DNA from: Thermoanaerobaculia bacterium | GTDB lineage: Bacteria > Acidobacteriota > Thermoanaerobaculia > Multivoradales > JAHEKO01 | DNA length: 64,000 bases | Assembly (NCBI GenBank): GCA_050747865.1 | Contig: JBOGJI010000236.1 | Coordinates: forward strand, 11,120 to 75,119 | Reading direction: 5' to 3' | Shown: positions 19,958 through 29,226 of the stretch, piece after piece | How positions within the stretch are numbered: position 1 is the first letter of the stretch | How the letters are laid out: the number at the start of each line of letters is the position of its first letter | Position numbers and translations under genes: made by a program | Notes under the pieces: model-generated | The model's input: only the letters and a program-made list of their open reading frames with translations | Told to the model about the DNA's origin: nothing | Database searches by the model: none

Positions 19958-21097
19958 GTGGTCGACGCTGGCTTCGATCGTGTGCATGTCACCTACCGGT
20001 TTCCGCTGACCGCGGGCGAAGACCCGAAGGCCCGCGCGCGGGAGATGGCGCGGGAGCAGACGGTGGAGGTGCCGGAGGGGTGCTTTCCGCCGGAGTTCGA
20101 GGGTGCGGTGGTGGCCGAGGTGGCGGGTGTGGAACGCGTGGGCGAGGGCGTTGTGGAGGTGCGGCTCACCTACTCGCGGGAGGTCGCCGGGGGCGGGGTG
20201 CCGCAGCTCTTGAACCTGCTGCTGGGCAACGTGTCGATGTTCGAGCGGGTGCGGGTGGTGGACATCGGGTGGCCGGATTGGGTGGGGGAGATCGCGGCCG
20301 GGCCGGCCTTCGGGGTCGACGGGGTGCGCCGGCTCACGGGTGTGTTCGGGCGGCCGCTGCTCGCCACCGCGGTGAAGCCGCTGGGCCACACGGTCGAAGA
20401 GCTCGCCCGCCGCTGTCGGGAGTTCGTGCTCGGCGGCCTGGACATCGTGAAGGACGACCACTCCCTGGCCGACCAGGAGTGGGCGCCGTTCGCCGAGCGC
20501 GTGGCGCGCTGCCAGGAGGCGGTGGCGAAGGCGGGCGGCGAGGCCGGGTCGGAGGCGCTCTACGTGCCGCACCTGAGCGGGCCGTTCGAGGAGCTGCCGT
20601 GGCGCGTCGAGCGCTTGCGGGCCCTGGGCTGCCGGGCGGTGATGGTCCATCCGGCCATCCTCGGGTGGGACGTCGTGCGCTGGCTCGCAGCCGAGTCCGG
20701 GCTCGCAGTCTTCACCCACCCCACGTTCTCGGGACCCCTGTGGGCTGTCCCGGATACCGGCATCGCCCCCGAGATCCTGCTCGGCGACCTCCTGCGTCTG
20801 CTCGGCTCCGACGTCGTGGTATACCCGAACGCCGCCGGGCGGTTTCCCATTACGCTGCAGGAGGTGAATGCAATCGCCGCCCGCCTGCGCCGGCCGTGGG
20901 AGGGTATACGGCCGGCCCTACCGATGCTCGGAGGCGGCATCGACCTCGAACGCGTGGGAGAGTGGGCGTCACGTTTCGGCCCCGACACCGTCCTTCTCGT
21001 CGGCTCGAGCCTTTACGCCCAGGGCGACCTGCGCGCCGCCTCCTCCCGCCTACGCCAGGCAATTGAGACGCGATCCATAGGACGACACAGTTCATAA
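19958..21097 (+). CDS. RuBisCO-like protein (form IV RLP, RuBisCO large-subunit family)
   Basis: 379 aa. Carries GNVSMF...VVDIGWP, GRPLLATAVKPLG, GGLDIVKDDHSL (K201-equivalent retained, E204 replaced by H) and MLGGGID (the phosphate-binding GG loop). The N-terminal E60/T65/W66 carboxylase residues are absent and the N-domain is ~35 residues shorter. Confidence 0.75.
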   Translation: MVDAGFDRVHVTYRFPLTAGEDPKARAREMAREQTVEVPEGCFPPEFEGAVVAEVAGVERVGEGVVEVRLTYSREVAGGGVPQLLNLLLGNVSMFERVRVVDIGWPDWVGEIAAGPAFGVDGVRRLTGVFGRPLLATAVKPLGHTVEELARRCREFVLGGLDIVKDDHSLADQEWAPFAERVARCQEAVAKAGGEAGSEALYVPHLSGPFEELPWRVERLRALGCRAVMVHPAILGWDVVRWLAAESGLAVFTHPTFSGPLWAVPDTGIAPEILLGDLLRLLGSDVVVYPNAAGRFPITLQEVNAIAARLRRPWEGIRPALPMLGGGIDLERVGEWASRFGPDTVLLVGSSLYAQGDLRAASSRLRQAIETRSIGRHSS

Positions 21098-21193
21098 TGC
21101 GTTCTTCGACCGAGGAGAAGATGTTCCCGCGAGTAGGCATCCCGGCGACGACGAGATCCTCTGCCGCTACGGTGGCGGATACCGGCTGTGAAG

Positions 21194-21580
21194 CTACCAG
21201 ACCAGCTCGACGTCGTATGCGCTGAGCTTCGGATCCGCCGTCAGAATCGGAACCCGCTCATGCTGCGCCTGGGCGACCAGCATGCGGTCGAAGGGATCCC
21301 GATGATGCAGGGGCAGCTCGGCTACGCGGGCGCAGTGCTTGTGGCCGATCGGGAGCAGCTCGACACCCTGGTCGGTGACGAGCTCCGCGTACAGGCGCTC
21401 CAGGGGCCGGCCCAGCTCGAGCTTGCCGGTACGGAGCTTGACCGCGATCTCCCACGAGCTCGCGATGCTCCAGAGCAGCTCGTTGGCGCCGTCTTTCAGG
21501 ATTGCGTGGGCATGCCCCGATAGCCGCGTGTCGTCCCGCAGCCACCAGAGCATCGCGTGCGTGTCGACGAGGACCCTCAA
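21194..21580 (-). CDS. vapC: Type II toxin VapC (PIN-domain ribonuclease)
   Basis: 128 aa. PIN acidic residues are in register (VLVDTHAMLWW ... ILTAD). Overlaps the upstream antitoxin gene by 4 nt. Confidence 0.85.
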   Translation of the reverse strand: MRVLVDTHAMLWWLRDDTRLSGHAHAILKDGANELLWSIASSWEIAVKLRTGKLELGRPLERLYAELVTDQGVELLPIGHKHCARVAELPLHHRDPFDRMLVAQAQHERVPILTADPKLSAYDVELVW

Positions 21581-21810
21581 GGCTCAAGCGGCTCCAGCCA
21601 CGCCTCGTCGAGCTCTTCGTTGAAATCGTCCGCGATGCGCAGGCTGTCCCGCCAGGTGCCTGGCCGGCGTTCTGCAGCAGGGGGGGCGATGCGCACCAGG
21701 CGCGCCACCCGCCTGCCGTAGCGGGCGATGACCACTTCTTCACCAGCCTCGACCAGGGTCAGCAGGCGGGAGAGCTGGGTCTTCGCCTCCTGCACATTCA
21801 CGACCGTCAT
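21577..21810 (-). CDS. vapB: Type II antitoxin VapB (Phd/YefM family)
   Basis: 77 aa. N-terminus MTVVNVQEAKTQLSRLLTLVEAGEEVVIARYGRRVARLV is typical of Phd/YefM antitoxins. Confidence 0.8.
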   Translation of the reverse strand: MTVVNVQEAKTQLSRLLTLVEAGEEVVIARYGRRVARLVRIAPPAAERRPGTWRDSLRIADDFNEELDEAWLEPLEP

Positions 21811-21914
21811 GCGAAGAGTTTAGACCAGACCACTGACCAGGTCAACATCTACGCACCGGTGTTTGGAGCCATGTCCCTGGCCTCCCGCTGTGGTGGGAAT
21901 CCCCAAGATCCCAT

Positions 21915-23165
21915 TCAAATAGATCGGAATCGTCGCGTCACGACGCGGATTCCCAGGCCGACCGCGAGGACCGCGACTCCCGTGAGGATGACCGGCGGGG
22001 CCAGCGAGAGCGCCAGGACCGCGCAGGCGGTCACCCCGACGACGGGGATGGCATTGGAGTAGAGCTTCGCCTGTGTGGGCATGCGCAGCGCCGCCACGTT
22101 GGCGATGCCGTAGTAGATGAGGATGGTGAAGGAGGCGGCCGAGGCGACGCCGGCGAGCGTCCCGGTGGCCGCGACTACGGCGGCCACCGCCCCGATCGCC
22201 AGCACCGCGCGTCCCGGGACTCCGTGGCGGGGATGGATGTGGGCGAAGACGCCCGGCAGGTCGCCGCGGCGGGCCATGGCGAATCCCATGCGCGACAGCC
22301 CCAGGAGCTGGGAGAGGATGACGCCCAGCATGGCCGTCACGCCTCCTGCCGATACCACCGTGGCGATTCCGGGGGTGGGGAAGGATCTCGCGGCGACCTG
22401 CAGCGGTGCCGCGGTCGCTCCCAGGGCTTGCGAGCCGACGGCGCCGACCGCCACGGCGGCGACGCCCAGGTAGAGCAGGACGGCGCCACCGATGGTGATG
22501 ATGGTGGCGCGCGGGATGGTCCGCCGCGGCTCGCGCACCTCCTCAGCCAGGGTGGCGATGCGAGCGTAGCCGGTGTAGGCGAAGAAGAGGAGCGCCGCGG
22601 CCTCGAGGATGCCCTTCCAGCCGGTGGGCGCGAACGGGCGCAGGTGCTCCACCCGGAACGCGCCGGCACCGGTGGCGATGAAGATCAGGAGGGTGCCCAG
22701 CGACACCGCGACGATCAGGAAGTTCACACCGCTGGAGCGGCGGATGCCGAAGTAGTTGAGCGCGGTGAAGACGACGATCGCCGCCACGGCGATCGCCCGC
22801 GCCGGGATTCCGGGCAACAACGCGTCGAGATAGCCGGCGAGCCCGAGGGCGACGGTTCCGGCCGCGGCGATCTTGCTGGCCAGGAACATCCAGCCGGCGG
22901 CGAAGCCGGCCCAGGGGTTGAGGGCCCGGTAGCCGTATTCGTAGGTGCCGCCGGACTGCGGGTACTCGGCGGCGAGCTGCGCGGAGCTCAGGGCGTTGCA
23001 GGTGGCGGCCACGGCGGCGACACCCAAGGCGACGAGGAACGCCGGCCCGGCGACGCCCGCCGCCACCCCGGTGACCACGAAGATCCCCGCCCCGACGATG
23101 GCGCCGAAGCCGATCCCCACCGCGTCGAGCGTGCCGAGCTCGCGCCGCAGCCCGGCCGCAGTCAT
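21915..23165 (-). CDS. APC-family amino acid/polyamine permease
   Basis: 416 aa from the ATG at 23165 (MTAAGLRRELGTLDAVGIGFGAIVGAGIFVVTG), with 12 TM segments. The upstream part of the track ORF is a frame artefact. Confidence 0.8.
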   Translation of the reverse strand: MTAAGLRRELGTLDAVGIGFGAIVGAGIFVVTGVAAGVAGPAFLVALGVAAVAATCNALSSAQLAAEYPQSGGTYEYGYRALNPWAGFAAGWMFLASKIAAAGTVALGLAGYLDALLPGIPARAIAVAAIVVFTALNYFGIRRSSGVNFLIVAVSLGTLLIFIATGAGAFRVEHLRPFAPTGWKGILEAAALLFFAYTGYARIATLAEEVREPRRTIPRATIITIGGAVLLYLGVAAVAVGAVGSQALGATAAPLQVAARSFPTPGIATVVSAGGVTAMLGVILSQLLGLSRMGFAMARRGDLPGVFAHIHPRHGVPGRAVLAIGAVAAVVAATGTLAGVASAASFTILIYYGIANVAALRMPTQAKLYSNAIPVVGVTACAVLALSLAPPVILTGVAVLAVGLGIRVVTRRFRSI

Positions 23166-23992
23166 ATGGTGACGCCGAGGGGCTTCTTCAGGAGGAGGGC
23201 GGCGACGACGGTGAGGATGAAGAAGGCGATGAGCCAGTGGGTGTGCCAGCCGAGGAGGTTGACCTCGGCGTCCGGGTAGCGGAGCTCGATCGAGGTGACG
23301 GGGCCGCCCTTGGCGAGAGGGGCCTCGGCGGGGTAGAGGAGCTGAGCCCCGAGGCTTGCTCCCGGACGCACCGGAGATCGGCGGACGACCTGGTTCGAAA
23401 CGGTGAGGCTCTTGGTGTAGCTCGCGCCGCCGACGGCGAGCTCGAGCGTGTGCTCGCCCGGCTCGACCGCCCGCAGGCGCCAGACGAGCTTGCGCTCCGT
23501 GGGGATCCAGACGGCGGGTGTCTCCACCTCGGCACCGGAAGGGGCGTTCAGGGTGACAGCCGGCTTGCCGTCGGCGGATGCGGTCGCCTCGTCGAGCCGG
23601 ACTTGCAGCAGCGTCGTGTCTCCCGGGCGCAGGCCCTCGTAGCCATAGTGGAACTGGAGCTGGGCCACGAGCAGGAACAGGGGCGGCAGCAGCGCCACCA
23701 GGGGCACGAGAGTGTGGAGGAAGTAGCGGCCGGTGGCCCGCAAGATGCGCCCCTGGGCTCCGAGGAGGTTGCGCAGGTCGTCGTTGAACAGGCGGATCTC
23801 GAAGAAGCCGGCGAGCTGGCGCCGCCGCGCCGCCTCCAGGGCCTTCTGGTTCGAGGTCCACTTGAACAGCAGCAGCGCCAGCACGCCCACCACGGCCGAG
23901 ATCGGCACCAGGGTGAGCATGGGGGAGCGCCCGGCGAACGGCGCCAGGATGGCGTCGAAGACGGCGCGCAGGGGGGCGTGGATCAGCTCCAT
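23162..23992 (-). CDS. Hypothetical membrane protein
   Basis: 276 aa. Two N-terminal TM helices and one C-terminal TM helix flank a ~150-aa soluble domain. The stop overlaps the permease start (ATGA). Confidence 0.4.
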   Translation of the reverse strand: MELIHAPLRAVFDAILAPFAGRSPMLTLVPISAVVGVLALLLFKWTSNQKALEAARRRQLAGFFEIRLFNDDLRNLLGAQGRILRATGRYFLHTLVPLVALLPPLFLLVAQLQFHYGYEGLRPGDTTLLQVRLDEATASADGKPAVTLNAPSGAEVETPAVWIPTERKLVWRLRAVEPGEHTLELAVGGASYTKSLTVSNQVVRRSPVRPGASLGAQLLYPAEAPLAKGGPVTSIELRYPDAEVNLLGWHTHWLIAFFILTVVAALLLKKPLGVTI

Positions 23993-24019
23993 GATGTCGC
24001 TCGAGGTCCGGCTCCGGCG

Positions 24020-24214
24020 TCAGGAGATGTAGCCGAGCCCCTGGAGGCGCTTCTTGATCTCCTCTTCGCTGCTCGCGTCCTCGAGCTTGGCCAGCTCCTT
24101 CTCCAGCGCGTGGGTGATGAACTCTTCGGCGCCGGAATAGCCGGCGAGCTTCGCGTAGCGCTTGACCTTGCTCACCAGGTCCTGATCCAGCTTGATCTTC
24201 ACGGTTCCGAACAT
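24020..24214 (-). CDS. Small ribbon-helix-helix-like protein (putative regulator)
   Basis: 64 aa. A beta-strand-like TVKIKLDQDL segment is followed by two helices and the protein is Lys/Glu-rich. It is the first gene of a three-gene minus-strand unit. Confidence 0.3.
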   Translation of the reverse strand: MFGTVKIKLDQDLVSKVKRYAKLAGYSGAEEFITHALEKELAKLEDASSEEEIKKRLQGLGYIS

Positions 24215-24254
24215 CGTTGTGTCCTCCGCGGACGTCGAGCGGGAGGGCCCGGCG

Positions 24255-26258
24255 CTACCGCTCGTTTCCGGTGTCTCTCTGGGGGAATCCCTCGATGCCG
24301 AACTCGGCGAGGACGGCGGCGGCCAGGTCCTGAAGATCGGTCACCTCACGCGACAGCTTGCGGTTGGCGAACAGGATGCCCGGCACGGTGACCGAGTCCA
24401 TGTGATGGTGGCCGGTCCAGCCGCTGGTGTTGTTGGCCATCAACTCGGGGGACAGCTCACCGAGGCCGGATGCGTTGGCGTTGCCGTAGGTTCTGGCGTA
24501 GCCGATCACGGCGTCGGGGCCGACGTCCATGTATCCCCGGTCGTGGAAAGCCTTCTCGCTGATGAAGACTCGGCGAACGACTCGCTGCCCGTTCTCCGGA
24601 TCGACCACCTTCTCGAGCTTGGAGGCGATCTCCTCGAGCAGCGCCATCCTCTTCGATTCCGGCACCACGCCGTCCCGTTCGCGGCCCGCCAGGTTCACGT
24701 ATAGGCCGTTGACGCCGATGCCGTAGGCGCGCGTACGCGACCAGTCGGCGTTGGCAAAGATCGTCGCGTTGCGCCCCGGGGCAGGCGGCTTGGAGAGCAC
24801 CAGGTATCCCTCCTGCTCGAGCCAGGTGTTCAGGTTGAAAGCCCGGCGCCAGGGGGCGAAGCCGTGGTCCGACATGACGATCACCGTGGCCTCCGGGCCG
24901 GCCTTCTCCAGCGTCTTGCCCACGATTGCGTCGGCCTCTTCATAGAGCTGCGGGATCACCCATGCGTACTTCGGATCGGCTTGCGGATCGTCGCCCGGGT
25001 ACTCCGGATCCATCGATCCCCACAGGATGTGGCCCAACTGGTCCGTGTGGCCGAAGTAGTAGAAGAGCAGGCCCGAACGGAACCGTTCGAGCACGGGATC
25101 GAGTTGCTCTTCGATCTCCTCGCGGGCGATCTTCGCCTGGGCGAGAAACTCGTCCACGCTGAGCGCGTCTTCCGTCAACCCCTTGGTGTCCTCTGGGAAG
25201 CCCTGGGTGTAGAAGCGGCCGGTCGCGTCCGCCAGCTCGGCAGCGAACTCCTCCGGCGTGGTGATCGGCATGATCGGCGCGTAGGGGTCGAGGTTGATGG
25301 GACTGACGTACAGCTCCACCTCGGGACGGACGCTCCTCAAGTAGAAGCGGGCCTGGCCGGCGAGCTTCTGCGTCGGGACCATCTCGAACTCGACCGGCAC
25401 CCAGTTCGACCACTCGTCGGTCGCGAGCAGCCGCTCCTCGTCGCCGACGCGCAGCAGCGCCGCCGGCTCTTCGGGGTCGACGAAGAGCTGAAACTCGATC
25501 GTCAGGTCCTCGGGCTCCTCGAGGAACAGGTTCGGCGGGCCGTGCAGCTCACCGGTGGCGATGTCATCCCAGTAGTCGACCGGATAGAAGGCGCCGCCGC
25601 CCACCGTCCGTTCCTCGGAGAAGGGATCGGAGTTGTAGAACGAGAAGGTTCCGGCGGTGCCCACGATGTCCGGGGTGCCCATGCCCGAGAGCTCGTGGTC
25701 GGCGGTGCCCGTCGGCGGGAAGTTGGCCGGGATGCGCATCACGGTGGTCGGGACCCCGCGCTCGCGCAGCAGCTCCCAGAACGCCGTGCCGTGGCGCAGC
25801 AGCTCGACCTCGCCACCGCCCAGCGGGATTCGCCACTTGCCGAGGGTGAGCCCAGCGTCCGACCCCTCCGTACGGCTGGTCGACTCGTAGGGGATCCGGG
25901 TACTGGGGTCGCGGTGCACGAAGTCGAAGATGCCGTGACCGCCGGAGTCCATGCCGGTGATGAAGTCGGACCACGCCACCGGCGAAAGCGGCGGGATCGA
26001 GCTTCCCAGGGGCTGCGCCATGCCCTGCCGCGCCAAGCGCTGGAAGTTGGGCATGCGCCCTTCCGCCATCAGCTTCTGCACCAGCTCCCAGTCCATCCCA
26101 TCGAACCCCAGCACGACCACCCGCCGGCTGGACTCGGAAGACTCAGACGGCGCCCTCTGGCAGCCAATCGTCGCGATCAACAAGAGACCGGCGACCACAG
26201 CCAGTGCGACTGGCGCCAATGCTGGGCGCGGTGCCCCGCCCCGGCCCGACCACGACAC
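24255..26258 (-). CDS. Alkaline-phosphatase-superfamily enzyme (type I phosphodiesterase/nucleotide pyrophosphatase-like), lipoprotein
   Basis: ~667 aa from the GTG at 26258. Lipobox LLLIATIGC; metal-site motifs VVVLGFDGMDWE and MSDHGF. It is a paralog of the next gene. The track ORF to 26909 is a 5' frame artefact. Confidence 0.6.
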   Translation of the reverse strand: MSWSGRGGAPRPALAPVALAVVAGLLLIATIGCQRAPSESSESSRRVVVLGFDGMDWELVQKLMAEGRMPNFQRLARQGMAQPLGSSIPPLSPVAWSDFITGMDSGGHGIFDFVHRDPSTRIPYESTSRTEGSDAGLTLGKWRIPLGGGEVELLRHGTAFWELLRERGVPTTVMRIPANFPPTGTADHELSGMGTPDIVGTAGTFSFYNSDPFSEERTVGGGAFYPVDYWDDIATGELHGPPNLFLEEPEDLTIEFQLFVDPEEPAALLRVGDEERLLATDEWSNWVPVEFEMVPTQKLAGQARFYLRSVRPEVELYVSPINLDPYAPIMPITTPEEFAAELADATGRFYTQGFPEDTKGLTEDALSVDEFLAQAKIAREEIEEQLDPVLERFRSGLLFYYFGHTDQLGHILWGSMDPEYPGDDPQADPKYAWVIPQLYEEADAIVGKTLEKAGPEATVIVMSDHGFAPWRRAFNLNTWLEQEGYLVLSKPPAPGRNATIFANADWSRTRAYGIGVNGLYVNLAGRERDGVVPESKRMALLEEIASKLEKVVDPENGQRVVRRVFISEKAFHDRGYMDVGPDAVIGYARTYGNANASGLGELSPELMANNTSGWTGHHHMDSVTVPGILFANRKLSREVTDLQDLAAAVLAEFGIEGFPQRDTGNER

Positions 26259-26272
26259 CGGATGTGCGCCGC

Positions 26273-28456
26273 TCACGCCGCCGCCGCCTTGCGCGCGTGG
26301 GCCCGCTTCTTGCCGCCAGTCTTGCTCTCGGCGAACGGATCCCCGTGGATCAGTGTCGTGCCTTCCATGTGAGCCGGCACCTTGACACCGAACAGCTCGA
26401 GCGCCGTCGGGGCGATGTCCATGAGGGACGGATTCTCGACGCTGAGCGGCACGTTCGAGAACAGGACGCCCGGCACGATGCGCGGATCCACGCCGTGGTC
26501 GCCGCTCCACGCCTTGGTGTTGTCCTCGAACACCGGTCCCGACACCATGCCCGAGGCGCAGTCCCAGGAGATGCGGTAGCCGTGGTTGTAGCCGACCACG
26601 AAGTCGGGGCCGTGGGCCAGGTAGGGGCCCTTGTAGAGCTTGGCCGAGTCGAAGACCTCGTTGATGCCGGTCTCGCCGGTCTCGGCGTCGACGAGCCCGG
26701 AGAGCTTGCGGCAGATCTCGTCCTTGAGCTGCTGCGCCTCGCCGCCCGGCTCGACGATGCCCTCCGCCTCCCGCCCCTTGAGGTTCAAGAACATCCCCGT
26801 CAGCCCCACGGCGTAGACCCGCGTGCGCGACCAGTCGACGTCGCGTAGCCACTCGGAGCTGCCGTCGGTGCCCGGCTTCAAGGCCAGATAGCCGTTGTCG
26901 AGCAGCCACTTGTTCAAGTTGATGCCGCGGCGGAAGGAGGTGAAACCGTGATCGGAGAGGACGATCAGCACGTCGCCCTTGCCGAGGCGGCCCATGGCCC
27001 GCCCGACCAGGGCGTCGTTGCGCCGATACAGCTCCTCGATGGCGTCGCGGTGCTCCGCATTTTCAAGGCCGCGGGCGGCCGGGTGCCCGTCCTCGAGATA
27101 GCGCCAGAACATGTGCTGGATGCGGTCGGTGGCGTCGAACACGCACACCAGGCAGCCCTTGCGCAGCCGGTCCCAGGCGCCGAAGAACATCTCCTGCCGC
27201 TCGCGGTCGATGTCCCAGGTCTGCTCCAGGAAGGTCCCGTCGTCGACCACCCGCTCATTGAGCGCCCAGGTGTCCTCGGCCAGCCCGAGGGTGCTGTAGG
27301 GGCCGACGAGCTTGGCCAGGTAGGTGGCGTAGTAGCCGGGATGCGAGATCGGCATGGCGGGCTTTTCGGGATCGAACGACAGCGGCGTCACATACAGCGA
27401 GACGTGCTCGCCCGCCTCGGTGAGCTCGATCCGCGCCAGCCCCTTGACCTGGATGCCCGGCGCCGCCGGAAAGGAGAGCTTGACCCAGGGCGAGAGCTTG
27501 CCCCTCGTCAGCTCGACCCGCTCGCCGTCCGCCTCCAGGGTCCCCGTGCCGGCGGCGTGGTCGACCCGCAGGGTGAACGGCAGCTCCATCTCGGGCGCGC
27601 CGTCGCGGAACAGGTTCTCCGGCCCCTTGAGGGTACCCTGGAAGGTTCCGTTGCCATCGGCGGAGGTCAGCGGCAGGCGGATCCCGCCCTCCTTGAAGTC
27701 ACGTCCGGAGGTGGCGTCCGCGGGCCGGGTGGTGAAGTACTGGAACGTCCCCTGGGTCCCCAGCAGGTCGGGCGCCGCCATCGCCGACAGCTCGGCGCCG
27801 TAGAAGCGGTCGGGCGGAAACGTGATCGGCACCCGCAGCACCGTGGACCAGATGCGCGCCTCCCCGAGCAGGCTCCAGAACGGCTTGGACTTGCGCAGCA
27901 GCCGCAACTCGGGCTTGTGCAGGGGTATGCGCCACTTGCCGAGCTTCAAGAACCGCTTCACCGTGCCGATCTCGGTGGAGGAGAGCAGCGGCAGATAGGT
28001 CCTCAGGTCGCGGTTCAGGAAGTCGAAGATGTTGTGTTTGGCGGGGCTGACGCCGGTGGCGAACGACGACCAGGCGACCGGCGAGATCGAAGGGTAGGTC
28101 GTGGCCAGCCGGTGATAGCAGCCCTCCTCGGCAAGCCTGGCGAAGCTCGGGAGCTTACCCTCCTTCATGAAGCGATCGGTGAGCCGCGGGTCCTGGCCGT
28201 CGAGCCCGAGCACGATGAGCCGCCGGATCTTCGGCTTGGCGCGCCCGCGGTAGCGGAACGCCCGCCACAGCGCGCGGAACGGCCAGAGCAGCAGGGCGAA
28301 GACGGCGATCAGGACGGTGACGAAGACGACCGCGAAGGAGGAGAGCAGGGCGAACCCCGCTCCCGGGCCGATGTACGCAGCCGCGGGCGCCGCGGCACCG
28401 GCCAGCGCCAGCAACGCCATCGCGTTGCGGCGGCCGGATCGAGCGGGGGTAAACAT
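26273..28456 (-). CDS. Alkaline-phosphatase-superfamily enzyme (type I phosphodiesterase/nucleotide pyrophosphatase-like), membrane-anchored paralog
   Basis: 727 aa. N-terminal TM anchor; IVLGLDGQDP ... ISPVAWSSFATG ... LSDHGFTSF. Similar along its whole length to the 24255..26258 product. Confidence 0.65.
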   Translation of the reverse strand: MFTPARSGRRNAMALLALAGAAAPAAAYIGPGAGFALLSSFAVVFVTVLIAVFALLLWPFRALWRAFRYRGRAKPKIRRLIVLGLDGQDPRLTDRFMKEGKLPSFARLAEEGCYHRLATTYPSISPVAWSSFATGVSPAKHNIFDFLNRDLRTYLPLLSSTEIGTVKRFLKLGKWRIPLHKPELRLLRKSKPFWSLLGEARIWSTVLRVPITFPPDRFYGAELSAMAAPDLLGTQGTFQYFTTRPADATSGRDFKEGGIRLPLTSADGNGTFQGTLKGPENLFRDGAPEMELPFTLRVDHAAGTGTLEADGERVELTRGKLSPWVKLSFPAAPGIQVKGLARIELTEAGEHVSLYVTPLSFDPEKPAMPISHPGYYATYLAKLVGPYSTLGLAEDTWALNERVVDDGTFLEQTWDIDRERQEMFFGAWDRLRKGCLVCVFDATDRIQHMFWRYLEDGHPAARGLENAEHRDAIEELYRRNDALVGRAMGRLGKGDVLIVLSDHGFTSFRRGINLNKWLLDNGYLALKPGTDGSSEWLRDVDWSRTRVYAVGLTGMFLNLKGREAEGIVEPGGEAQQLKDEICRKLSGLVDAETGETGINEVFDSAKLYKGPYLAHGPDFVVGYNHGYRISWDCASGMVSGPVFEDNTKAWSGDHGVDPRIVPGVLFSNVPLSVENPSLMDIAPTALELFGVKVPAHMEGTTLIHGDPFAESKTGGKKRAHARKAAAA

Positions 28457-28594
28457 CGGTTGGCGCAGGACCGTACCGTCGGGATCGATTTCGGTTGGGA
28501 GTGGGTCCGCCGTCGCCTGACGAGGGAGCCGTCCGAGTCACTCGCTGCCCGTGAGACCGGTGCCCGGGCGTTTGGATGGTATAGGGTTTGCCGG

Positions 28595-29212
28595 GTGAGC
28601 GCAATCCGACGCCTCTGGTGGCGCGGCCTCTACGGGCCTCCGATCGTGGTCGTCTCCGGCCTGCCCCGCTCCGGCACCTCCATGGCCATGCGCATGCTCA
28701 AGGCGGGCGGGATCCCGACGGTCGAGGACGGTCAGCGCGGCGCCGACATCGACAATCCCCTGGGATACTTCGAGCACGAGCGGGTCATGCGCCTGGCGGA
28801 GGAGACCGACCGGGCGTGGCTCAAGCGAGCGCGCGGCAAGGCGGTCAAGATCATCTCCTACCTCTTGAAGGAGCTGCCGCGGCACAACAACTACCGGGTC
28901 ATCCTGCTGGAGCGCGAGATCGGGGAGGTCCTGGCCTCCCAGGCCAAGATGCTCGAGCGCCGCGGCGAAGTCAACCCGGTAGACGACGACAAGATGGCGG
29001 CGAACTACGAGTCGCTGGTCTGGCGCGTGAACTACCTGCTCAAGCGCTCACCGCACCTCGAGACCCTGCGGCTGCGCTACGCGGACGTCGTCGCCGATCC
29101 CCACGGCGAGGCCCGTCGCATCAATGACTTCCTGGGAGGCGGCCTGGACGTAGCGGCGATGGCCGCCGTCGTCGATCCCAACCTCTACCGCAACCGCGCC
29201 GAATCCGCCTGA
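28595..29212 (+). CDS. Sulfotransferase-family protein (Stf0-like)
   Basis: ~205 aa from the GTG at 28595. The PAPS 5'-phosphosulfate-binding loop is VVVSGLPRSGTSM. Divergent from the AP-superfamily pair. Confidence 0.55.
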   Translation: MSAIRRLWWRGLYGPPIVVVSGLPRSGTSMAMRMLKAGGIPTVEDGQRGADIDNPLGYFEHERVMRLAEETDRAWLKRARGKAVKIISYLLKELPRHNNYRVILLEREIGEVLASQAKMLERRGEVNPVDDDKMAANYESLVWRVNYLLKRSPHLETLRLRYADVVADPHGEARRINDFLGGGLDVAAMAAVVDPNLYRNRAESA

Positions 29213-29226
29213 TCCGGCTCGTCCCG

